This document shows positions 56,414 through 64,000 of a stretch of 64,000 bases of DNA, one piece after another. The stretch lies in assembly GCA_041690295.1 (NCBI GenBank), contig JAWLHR010000001.1, positions 64,001 through 128,000 on the forward strand. The letters run 5' to 3'. This DNA is from Bdellovibrionales bacterium. Lineage in GTDB: Bacteria; Bdellovibrionota; Bdellovibrionia; Bdellovibrionales; UBA1609. A program made the translations under genes and the position numbers. Position 1 is the first letter of the stretch, and the number at the start of each line of letters is the position of its first letter. Under the pieces are notes generated by a model. The model made no database searches and was not told the DNA's origin. It worked only from the letters and a program-made list of their open reading frames with translations.

Positions 56414-57599
56414 TTTGCCTACCTCCTTCGGGAAGCCGGTGCCGAAGCGTCAAGGTGATCAATACCGCGATCACGACCAAACTTGAAGCCGCGAAAAAGG
56501 GCCACTGAACACCCGCGGCCTGGTAAAGATAGCCACCGGTCGGCGGTCCGAGAATTCGCGCGATACTGGATAAACTTTGCGCCACGCCCAGATTATTCCC
56601 CTGAATTTCTTTACCGCTCAATAAACTCACGCTGCCGTTGAGCGATGGATTCACCAGGCCATTCCCCAATGCCAACACTGTGACCGCCACCGCCAACAGG
56701 GAAACGGATTCAGAGAGTCCGATCAAGAAAAAGCCGATGGCGGAAAGGACCAATCCGCCCAAGAGCAACCGCCGCTCTCCGCACTTCGGCATCCAGCGCC
56801 GGATAAGAAACCCTTGGGTGAAAACCAGAATCAATCCCACATAGGCGAATCCGAAGCTGGCTTGGGCGAGCGTCCATGAGAACAAATCCTGGACATAGAG
56901 AAAAAGCTGAGCCTCGATATGGGCCATCGCGAAGGTGTTGAGAAAAACCAAAAACAAAACCGGGCCAAGCACCGGGGAGACAAACGCCGAGGCGATCAAT
57001 TTCAAACGCGACGGCCGCTCCCGCGACGGCGTTCGATCGGTCAGTGATTCCGGTAAGAAGCGAACGGCCACGAGAAAATTGAGAAAGCAAATTCCACCGG
57101 CGAGAAACGCCGGCGCGGAAGGGCTTCCCATGACATTGGCCGAAACGCCACCGACAAAGGGACCAAGCAAAAATCCCAAGCCGAACGCGGCACCGATCAA
57201 ACCCATTCCCTGGCTGCGGTTCTTCGCCTCGGTGATATCCGCGATGTAGGCCATCGCCGTCGAAATATTTCCACCGAACAATCCCGCCATGGCCCGCGCC
57301 ACCACGAGTCCCGTGAAGCTCGTCGCCAATCCAAATCCGGTGTGCGCCAGCGCCGCGCCCAACAAACTCAGCAAAATAATCGGGCGACGCCCATAACGGT
57401 CGCTCAATTGGCCCCAAATGGGGGAAAAGATAAATTGAAAAAGTGAATAAACGCCCATCAGCAGACCGACCTGCAGGGGCGACGCCCCGTAGACTCTCGC
57501 GAGATAGGGATTGAGCGGAATTATGATGCCGAAACCGACAAGATCGATGAATACAGTGATGAAAATGATGCCTATGCGCTTGTCTTTCATGTTCGGCAT
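56406..57599 (-). CDS. MFS transporter, TetA-like (DHA1)
   Basis: GQLSDRYGRRP, AYIADIT, GAAFGLGFLLGP, about 12 TM helices. Confidence 0.93.
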   Translation of the reverse strand: MPNMKDKRIGIIFITVFIDLVGFGIIIPLNPYLARVYGASPLQVGLLMGVYSLFQFIFSPIWGQLSDRYGRRPIILLSLLGAALAHTGFGLATSFTGLVVARAMAGLFGGNISTAMAYIADITEAKNRSQGMGLIGAAFGLGFLLGPFVGGVSANVMGSPSAPAFLAGGICFLNFLVAVRFLPESLTDRTPSRERPSRLKLIASAFVSPVLGPVLFLVFLNTFAMAHIEAQLFLYVQDLFSWTLAQASFGFAYVGLILVFTQGFLIRRWMPKCGERRLLLGGLVLSAIGFFLIGLSESVSLLAVAVTVLALGNGLVNPSLNGSVSLLSGKEIQGNNLGVAQSLSSIARILGPPTGGYLYQAAGVQWPFFAASSLVVIAVLITLTLRHRLPEGGRQSG

Positions 57600-57621
57600 T
57601 CATTAACATTTAGATTGTCCA

Positions 57622-58809
57622 ATGCTTATCTTTTTTTTGGCATTAGCCGCCAATTTTTATCTCGCGCAAGCTGAAGTCCGCGATGCCCCACGGGGAGTCG
57701 ATTACCGGTTGGACGCCGACCTCAGCTATTTCTCCACGCAAAGTAATTTTACGGCCGGAGGCGGCTCCACCGAGGATCTTCCGGACAGCGGTTATTTCAC
57801 CGAGTTGGTCACCCGATTTCTGTACACACAGGATCTCGGCAAAATGCAGCGTTTATATGGTGGATTCACCTATAGCATGGTCGAAAGCGACGATGGATTC
57901 ACCACTCGGGAAAACTCGGGTCTGAATGAAATTCTGATGGGCGGGCAGCTTTGGCTGAATTCCGGGAGTCTCCACCTCGTACCTCAGGCCGATCTGGTTT
58001 ACCCGCTTTTCCGCATTGATCGCAATTCAGATGACGCCTTGCTTGGTGAAGGTGCGATGAAAATCCGCGGCGGAAGTTGGTTGATATTGCCGTACGGAAA
58101 TTTCATCCCGTTTGTTTATGTAAGTTATGAGTACCGCGACGAAGGGCGATCCCATAACCTGCCCTATTCCGTGGGCGCCAAACTGCAGATGGATTCTTTG
58201 TGGCTGCAAGGTGAATTTCGCGGTTATGAGCGACTGATCAGCAACGAAGACACGGAGACCCGGGCCGCTCGCGACGCCTTTCTTCAACGCGTGAACGGCG
58301 GGAGTTACCGATACTACTCGATGAATCCGGCCGTGGGCGAACTGGCCGGTTCCGCCGGAATCACCGTTCTTGATTCCTGGATGATTTACGGTGGAGTGGC
58401 TTATACCATTCGCGGTTCCAGCGCGGCCGAGGGGTTAACCGGCACAATCGGTTTGGCCTACACGCCCAATCCCGGCAACAGTTCAAGCCGACGCCGCTCC
58501 AGCACACCAAATTTTGAAAGCGGAACCGAAACACTTAAAGAAGCGGACCAATATTTCAACGAAGATCCACGCGTGCCCCCGCGACCAAAACCCTCGACAC
58601 CTAAGCAAGATGCGTCCGAATTGTTGGCTGAGCCGATCCAGGAAGTTCCCGAAACCGCGCCCGCCAAGCCGAAGAATGACGGCATGAAAGTGCAAATGCG
58701 GGCGAAACCGAAAGCGAAGCCTAAGGCCAAAAAGCCGGCCAAGCCGAAGCGCACGAAAAAACTCGACAAGCTTCTCCGCGACGCCGAAAAGAACCTTGAG
58801 AATATGTGA
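57622..58809 (+). CDS. Putative outer-membrane beta-barrel protein with disordered Pro/Lys-rich C-tail
   Basis: Signal peptide; alternating aromatic/Gly beta strands ending GTIGLAY; ~110-aa tail. Confidence 0.65.
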   Translation: MLIFFLALAANFYLAQAEVRDAPRGVDYRLDADLSYFSTQSNFTAGGGSTEDLPDSGYFTELVTRFLYTQDLGKMQRLYGGFTYSMVESDDGFTTRENSGLNEILMGGQLWLNSGSLHLVPQADLVYPLFRIDRNSDDALLGEGAMKIRGGSWLILPYGNFIPFVYVSYEYRDEGRSHNLPYSVGAKLQMDSLWLQGEFRGYERLISNEDTETRAARDAFLQRVNGGSYRYYSMNPAVGELAGSAGITVLDSWMIYGGVAYTIRGSSAAEGLTGTIGLAYTPNPGNSSSRRRSSTPNFESGTETLKEADQYFNEDPRVPPRPKPSTPKQDASELLAEPIQEVPETAPAKPKNDGMKVQMRAKPKAKPKAKKPAKPKRTKKLDKLLRDAEKNLENM

Positions 58810-59622
58810 TCATTCCACTTTCAGGCCATCATCGATGGTTTCTGTGAGAACGTGAAGATGAGGATCATTATTCTCGCATATAAAAAATCCTAGATTCGCG
58901 ATGGCCGTCTTGAGCTCCGACTTTTTGTGCAATTTCACTTCAAGCCGCGCGGCGGATTCGAAGTCCGACATCAACCGTACAAAATGTTTGAAGTATTCGT
59001 TATAGGTCCGCTCGGTCACATGCGAGATTTGCCAGGCCAGAGTGCCCAAAGGCACATCCAATCCCCGGGCTTTTTTCGCGAGCATCTCACTGACATGCAG
59101 CTTTTGAAACTCGGCCGCTCGATCGATAACCCGGCTCATTCTTTTTTGCGCCAACGGCCCGCCGATCGTGGGCATTCGCGAATGGTAGGGTTTCACTCGC
59201 CCTCCGGCTCCGATGCGGATCAAATCGTATTTTTCCAATTGTATGAGGATTCTTTCAACCGCATCCGATTTCAGTTTGTATTTCCGCGTGATTTCCTCAA
59301 CCGTTAAGCCATCATAAATTTTCAGTAGAAATGAAAACGCCAGCGGGTTGTCGGCCAAAAACCTATTTTGCCTCTCCGTCAATTCGGAGCGCTCCAACTC
59401 ATTCGAGGCGGCCAATTTTTGCAACTCAGCCAGACTGACATCCAACCAATCGAGCAGCGTAAGTAAACGCGTCAGCGTTAATTCTTCCGGTCCGAGTTGC
59501 CGTTTAACTGTGGGAACGGAACACTTCCAAACCTTTGCGACATCCGCGTACGTGTGATTTTTCCGTTTCAATAACGCTTTGATCGCGGTTTTTAATTTCT
59601 GCTGATTCACTTTCTCTTCCAC
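58810..59622 (-). CDS. Cro/C1-type helix-turn-helix transcriptional regulator
   Basis: LK...TYADVA....SVPTVKR.L HTH plus a second winged-helix-like segment; GGGAGG SD before GTG. Confidence 0.85.
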   Translation of the reverse strand: MEEKVNQQKLKTAIKALLKRKNHTYADVAKVWKCSVPTVKRQLGPEELTLTRLLTLLDWLDVSLAELQKLAASNELERSELTERQNRFLADNPLAFSFLLKIYDGLTVEEITRKYKLKSDAVERILIQLEKYDLIRIGAGGRVKPYHSRMPTIGGPLAQKRMSRVIDRAAEFQKLHVSEMLAKKARGLDVPLGTLAWQISHVTERTYNEYFKHFVRLMSDFESAARLEVKLHKKSELKTAIANLGFFICENNDPHLHVLTETIDDGLKVE

Positions 59623-59784
59623 GCCGCGCCTCCCTTGCTTGTTCCATCAGCTCCTGATGACGAATTTGATGACTCACGGCCAATTGGTTCCACATATTGA
59701 TCCCCCCAATAGGGATCAACCTACCTAAGCCTCTGACGATTTACGATGGCAACCGCCAAGGATCAAGAACTGATACCCAATGGG

Positions 59785-60087
59785 TCAATTGGGGGCCAAA
59801 AGTTGAGCGGCTGAGGCCAAATCGACGCCCACCACTTCGATCACCTTCTGGCGGCTGGAGGCCCCACGAACCAAGGTGACCGAAGACAAGGGCACGTTCA
59901 AAGTTTCGGCCAGCATTCGACGAAGCTCCTCATTGGCGCGCCCGTCTTCGGGAGGCGCCTTGATTTTGATTTTCAAAGCTTCGCCGTGCAGGCCGACGAT
60001 TTGCGAGCGCGAAGCGCCCGGCTGCGCATGAACTTGAATGCGGACTCCGCCCGCGGTGGCGGAAAGAAAAACGGGTTGGTTAGACAC
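59785..60087 (-). CDS. DUF167/YggU family protein
   Basis: V.AQPGASRS, LKIKIKAPPEDGRAN, G.SSRQK. Confidence 0.92.
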   Translation of the reverse strand: MSNQPVFLSATAGGVRIQVHAQPGASRSQIVGLHGEALKIKIKAPPEDGRANEELRRMLAETLNVPLSSVTLVRGASSRQKVIEVVGVDLASAAQLLAPN

Positions 60088-60111
60088 GAAACCAAGATCG
60101 TGGATCAGCGC

Positions 60112-60678
60112 TTATAAATCCACCATTTTTTTGTGAACGGCCTCGGCGATCCGCGCCTTCAGCTGAGCGGTGTCGTCGGTCTCACGCGGAACGACTTCGC
60201 TCACTTTGGCTTCGACGATGGGGTTGGGCATGATCTTGGCGCCTTGATCGATCATCGTGAGATGGCTCTGGATCAAAGCTTTGAGGTTGTTTTCAAATTG
60301 CATGCGGATCTTTTTAAGGTCCGTGATTTCACCGTAAAGGCGCTTCAATGAATCGCGGGCTTCACGAACGATCGCGTCGGCTTTTTGATTGGCGTCGTTG
60401 ATGATCAGTTTGGCCTCGCGTTCCGCATCGGCTTGCATTTTTTCCGACATCCGCGTGGCGGTGGTGATGGTGCTTTTCAGAAGTTCATCGCGCTCGCGAT
60501 ATTCGACAACCGCCAACTCTTTTTCACGCAAAGTTTCTTTGAGTGAATTCCGTTCTTTGATCAGCGCCTCGAGTTCCTCGGCCACAAGGCGAAGGAAATC
60601 CATGACTTCTTCCGGATCGAAACCCATCATTTTGCGGTGGAATGTTTTATGGGCAATGTCGATTGGAGCTATGCGCAT
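60112..60678 (-). CDS. divIVA: DivIVA family protein
   Basis: I.P.DI..K.F...M.GFD.EEV..FL followed by a coiled coil. Confidence 0.93.
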   Translation of the reverse strand: MRIAPIDIAHKTFHRKMMGFDPEEVMDFLRLVAEELEALIKERNSLKETLREKELAVVEYRERDELLKSTITTATRMSEKMQADAEREAKLIINDANQKADAIVREARDSLKRLYGEITDLKKIRMQFENNLKALIQSHLTMIDQGAKIMPNPIVEAKVSEVVPRETDDTAQLKARIAEAVHKKMVDL

Positions 60679-60696
60679 ACGAACCCCCTTCTATTG

Positions 60697-60724
60697 AGTA
60701 TAGGGGCCGTGTGACATTTTGCAA
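60697..60724 (-). promoter_or_regulatory. Possible internal sigma70 promoter for divIVA
   Basis: Minus strand TTGCAA-N16-TATACT, then GAAGGGGG SD. Confidence 0.5.
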
Positions 60725-60817
60725 CCCACCGCAATAAAATTTTGCCTAGCAACCGGGCAGGTTATGCTCATGGATTGAGCAGGTTCTTTGTGCAACGAGT
60801 TGAATTTCTACGTGTTT

Positions 60818-61630
60818 CTATTCCTGTGAGAGTTCCCGGTCGCGCAGTGCCGCCTTTTCAAAGGAGTAGCGCAAGAGACGCTCCACTTCGAGTTCGCGCA
60901 TGGAACTGAGGCCGGCGGCTGTAATGCCTTTTTTACTGGTCACCTTCGCCTGTAGCTCTTCAAGCGACTGCGAACCGGATTGAACGGCCAGCTCCGATGC
61001 CCCCGCGAACGTGTGCACGGTCAACTGTTGAGCGGTTTCCGCATCAATGCCGTGCTCCTCCAACCACTCCTGCCAATAAACCATGAGTTCAAAAATAAAA
61101 CCCACGCCGGCGCTGCTGGCCACGGTAAAGGCCTCGAAGGCGTCGCCTTCATCAAGCCGAATGGTGTAGCCCAGCGGTTTGAACATCCGGTCCATGAAAC
61201 TGTCCGCCAAAAGGTCGGAGCGTTCCCCACAGTAGGCGAAACAACCGCGGTTGATCCGCGCCGGCGTGTTGGCCATGACACGAATAATGTGGCGCGATTG
61301 AGGAATCAATTTTTTAAGTTTACGCAAGGTCACGCCGGCGGCGAGACTCACCACCATCTGTTCCGCATCGAACGCCGATGAAATATTCTCGACGGCGGCT
61401 TCCAGATCCTGCGGTTTCACCGCGAGAATCACCACGTCCGCGGCCTCAACCACCGCCTCATTGGTCGCGAGCCCGCGCACGCCGTATTGTTCCTCGAGCT
61501 TTTGCAACTTGCCCGCCGTCCGATTGGACACCACGACGTCGGCCGGATCGATCAACTTCTTCGCGGTCCAACCTTCAATCAGTGTCTGGCACATGTTCCC
61601 CGCGCCGATAAAACCGATGGTCTGTTTCAT
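60818..61630 (-). CDS. proC: Pyrroline-5-carboxylate reductase
   Basis: IGFIGAGNM, LAVKPQ, SLAAG, RVMANTP, VTSKKGIT. Confidence 0.92.
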   Translation of the reverse strand: MKQTIGFIGAGNMCQTLIEGWTAKKLIDPADVVVSNRTAGKLQKLEEQYGVRGLATNEAVVEAADVVILAVKPQDLEAAVENISSAFDAEQMVVSLAAGVTLRKLKKLIPQSRHIIRVMANTPARINRGCFAYCGERSDLLADSFMDRMFKPLGYTIRLDEGDAFEAFTVASSAGVGFIFELMVYWQEWLEEHGIDAETAQQLTVHTFAGASELAVQSGSQSLEELQAKVTSKKGITAAGLSSMRELEVERLLRYSFEKAALRDRELSQE

Positions 61631-62340
61631 TTGTTCACCTCGCGTGGACCGAAAATTTCCGATCCGATCCGAATCCATGTCGCGCCTTCTTCAATCGCGA
61701 CACCGTAATCCTGGCTGGTACCCATGGACAATTCATTCATAGGGTGGGCCACTAAATCATCTTTGTTCATCTTTTCCCGCAATTCATCAAGCAATTGACG
61801 AGCCTCGCGAAAATAAGGGCGCGTGGTTTCCGGATCGTCGGTGAACGGCGGCATCACCATTAGGCCCATCATCCGGATTCGCCGCGAGGGCGCGAAACGC
61901 TCGACCAGAGCGCGAATCCCAGTTTTATCCGCTCCACCTTTGGTGGTTTCGCCGGCCACGTTGAACTGAAGGAAAATTTCCTGCGGACCATGATCCGCGT
62001 GTTTTTCAACGGCGGTAACCAACTCGGGCCGGTCAATGGAGTGGATTTTCGCGAATCGCCCGACCACCTGTTTCACTTTATTGCTTTGTAATCTTCCTAT
62101 GAAGTGCCAGTTCACCGGAAGATTCTCCAATTGCTCGATTTTCCCGAGGGCTTCTTGCACGTAATTTTCGGCGAAATCACGCAAACCGCACTCAAAAGCG
62201 TCGCGGATTTTGGCCAAGCCTTGCCCCTTGCTAACCGCGAGGATTTTCACCGATTCCGGATTTCGGTTCGCGCGCTGGCAGCGGATCCGGATATTTTCAT
62301 TCACGATCTTAAGGCGTTCGCCGACGGACAACCCAGTCAT
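61627..62340 (-). CDS. yggS: PLP homeostasis protein YggS family
   Basis: AVSK, ENYVQE, WHFIGRLQSNK, LSMG.S.DY..AIEEGAT.IRIGS.IFG. Confidence 0.96.
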   Translation of the reverse strand: MTGLSVGERLKIVNENIRIRCQRANRNPESVKILAVSKGQGLAKIRDAFECGLRDFAENYVQEALGKIEQLENLPVNWHFIGRLQSNKVKQVVGRFAKIHSIDRPELVTAVEKHADHGPQEIFLQFNVAGETTKGGADKTGIRALVERFAPSRRIRMMGLMVMPPFTDDPETTRPYFREARQLLDELREKMNKDDLVAHPMNELSMGTSQDYGVAIEEGATWIRIGSEIFGPREVNK

Positions 62341-62911
62341 TTTCCTTCAGAGCCGATTCCAATTTTTCGAGCGGCAGGCCGACCACATTACTCCAAGAGC
62401 CCGTGTGTGAGGTAACAAATTTAGCGGCACCGCCCTGAATCGCGTAGGCGCCCGCTTTATCCATGGGCTCGCCGCTGGCGACGTAGGATTCGATCTCTGA
62501 TTCACTCAGTTCGCGGAACCGGACTTCGGTCGAGTCATAACCTTTCCAAAGTTTTCCGGTCCCGGACTCAAGGAGAGCCAGACCAGTGATGACACTGTGC
62601 GCCCGGCCCGACAAAAGTCGCAAAAATCGGGCGGCTTCTTCGGCATCAACCGGCTTGCCTAAGATTTGGCCACCGAGGGTGACAACCGTGTCCGCACCCA
62701 GGATTAAAAAATCGCCGGATTTCAATGAGTTATCCTGCATCAAGCAGGCCTGGGCCTTCGCTGTCGCAATCTGAGACGCGTTTTCCCCTGCGTTCAAATT
62801 TTCATCAATGGTTTCCGATACTTTTACAGGGGAATGACGGAACTCAAAACCAGCTTTTTGCAACAGTTCGATTCGTCGCGGAGAGCGACTCGCGAGCACA
62901 AGTTCCAACAT
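62309..62911 (-). CDS. maf: Maf-family nucleoside triphosphate pyrophosphatase
   Basis: LASRSPRR, KA, GADTVV, GKP, DKAGAY.IQG, NVVGLP. Start set at ATG 62911. Confidence 0.95.
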   Translation of the reverse strand: MLELVLASRSPRRIELLQKAGFEFRHSPVKVSETIDENLNAGENASQIATAKAQACLMQDNSLKSGDFLILGADTVVTLGGQILGKPVDAEEAARFLRLLSGRAHSVITGLALLESGTGKLWKGYDSTEVRFRELSESEIESYVASGEPMDKAGAYAIQGGAAKFVTSHTGSWSNVVGLPLEKLESALKENDWVVRRRTP

Positions 62912-62947
62912 CCCTTCTATGTATTGCAAAAACGAAAGGTTTGAAAC

Positions 62948-63850
62948 TTGAGTTTTGATATTTTCATTCTCCTCTCCGGACTCGGACTCGCGGCACTCAG
63001 TGTCTACCTTTTCGCGACGGCCATTTTCACCAACAACACCGACGCCGAAGCCTTGGCCTGGGCCTCGGGAGATGAACCCGTCAAATCCAAAAGCGGTTTG
63101 ATCAACTTCTCGCGTCCGCTGGTTCACAACTTCACGCTTCAACACGCGCAACGGATCAAGAGCCAGTCCTATCGCACGAAGATCGAACGCAAGCTTCTGA
63201 CAGCTGGCCTCTCGCAGGAGCTGAATGTCGACGAATTCATCGGCTTAAAGATTCTGTGGGGGATTTTCTTTCCCGCGCTCATGTTCATCATGAACTTCGC
63301 CCTTCAGCTCAACCTGCCCACGCTGTTGATTCCGGTCTTGGCGTTCGTGGGATGGGCGTTTCCCGATTTTCACGCGTCGAATGCGCGCAAGAACCGTTAC
63401 CTCGCCGTGGTGTTGGACCTTCCGTTCTTCATCGACCTCATGGCGCTGAGTACGGAAGCCGGTTTGGACTTGATCGGTTCCATCCAGCGCATCGTCGATA
63501 AGGCCGACGAAAGTGTTCTTGCGGAAGAGTTCCGCCTGGTGCTCAAAGACATCAAGCTGGGAAGTTCCCGACGTGAAGCTTTAAGCCGCTTGGCGGACCG
63601 CCTTGATATCCCGGAAATCACCAGTTTCGCGGCGGTCGTGCGTGACGCCGAGGAAACCGGCGCCAGCATCGCGCAGGTGCTGAAGGACCAATCGATTCAG
63701 ATGCGTCTTGAGCGTTTCGTGCGCGCGGAAAAAGCCGGTGCGCGGGCCTCACAGCTCATGTTGTTTCCGTTGATGTTTCTCATTCTTCCCGCGGTGTTCA
63801 TGATGGTGTTTTCTCCGGTCATTCTGCAATTCTTCTACGGGGGCAATTGA
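62948..63850 (+). CDS. tadC: Tad pilus assembly protein TadC (T2SS F family)
   Basis: LPFFIDLM....EAGL, G.SR.EAL, AEKAG..A...MLFPL...ILPA.F. Confidence 0.88.
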   Translation: MSFDIFILLSGLGLAALSVYLFATAIFTNNTDAEALAWASGDEPVKSKSGLINFSRPLVHNFTLQHAQRIKSQSYRTKIERKLLTAGLSQELNVDEFIGLKILWGIFFPALMFIMNFALQLNLPTLLIPVLAFVGWAFPDFHASNARKNRYLAVVLDLPFFIDLMALSTEAGLDLIGSIQRIVDKADESVLAEEFRLVLKDIKLGSSRREALSRLADRLDIPEITSFAAVVRDAEETGASIAQVLKDQSIQMRLERFVRAEKAGARASQLMLFPLMFLILPAVFMMVFSPVILQFFYGGN

Positions 63851-64000
63851 TGTTGCGATTGATTCATCAACCCTCACAACGCACGCTGATCCCCCGCCTC
63901 GAATTGGCCGATTCGATGTGGCGGCGGATGAAAGGGCTGCTCGGTCGAACGCACTTGCCGGTCGATCAGGCTTTGTGGATTCCGCAATGCCGGAGCGTTC
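63850..64000 (+). CDS. DUF192-family protein, partial
   Basis: Own translation MLRLIHQPSQRTLIPRLELADSMWRRMKGLLGRTHLPVDQALWIPQCRSV; TGATG coupling to tadC. Confidence 0.75.
   Translation, partial: MLRLIHQPSQRTLIPRLELADSMWRRMKGLLGRTHLPVDQALWIPQCRSV

Noticed and set aside
56710..57609. 299-aa alternative-frame ORF
   Set aside because: Arg/Gly-rich off-frame read of the MFS gene.
59785..62911. divIVA in a Gram-negative with yggS-proC as a novelty
   Set aside because: This cluster is already known from Bdellovibrio.
1..64000. tRNA, rRNA, IS elements, prophage or recognised defence systems
   Set aside because: No cloverleafs, transposases, integrases or phage genes recognised by eye; a tRNAscan/Infernal run would confirm.

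Overview
A 64-kb, gene-dense chromosomal window from a Bdellovibrionales-like predatory bacterium. This assignment is inferred from gene content: short flagellins, the yggS-proC-divIVA-DUF167 cluster, FQNC-type lipoprotein signal peptides and many secreted hypothetical proteins. From the left it holds a flagellar basal-body/export operon on the minus strand (TPR protein, receiver-less sigma54 activator, flgBC, fliEFGHIJ, motE-like, fliK, partial flgD) behind a clear sigma54 promoter. Then come an Mla/Mce ABC operon, trmFO/dciA, glmU-glmS, several two-component genes, purD, thyA-folA, aguAB, two flagellins, ubiB/rnr, valS, and maf-yggS-proC-divIVA, ending at tadC and a partial DUF192 gene. No tRNA, rRNA, CRISPR array, transposase or integrase was seen. 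The best candidate for an undescribed system is a two-gene operon at 17751-20312. It encodes a secreted precursor with a Tyr-poor pro-region and a 90-aa repeat core containing 33 Tyr (YNG and YY[K/R]P repeats), followed 6 nt later by a secreted subtilase with an atypical catalytic motif. Other leads are a His-rich gene bracketed by two copies of a palindromic ~100-bp repeat, a three-fold repeated secreted protein resembling XAC2610-type peptidoglycan-hydrolase inhibitors, structured GGA-hairpin RNAs around both flagellins, and a recurrent GTCTCA-N3-TGAGAC palindrome at promoters. All protein family calls come from motif recognition by eye; no searches were run.
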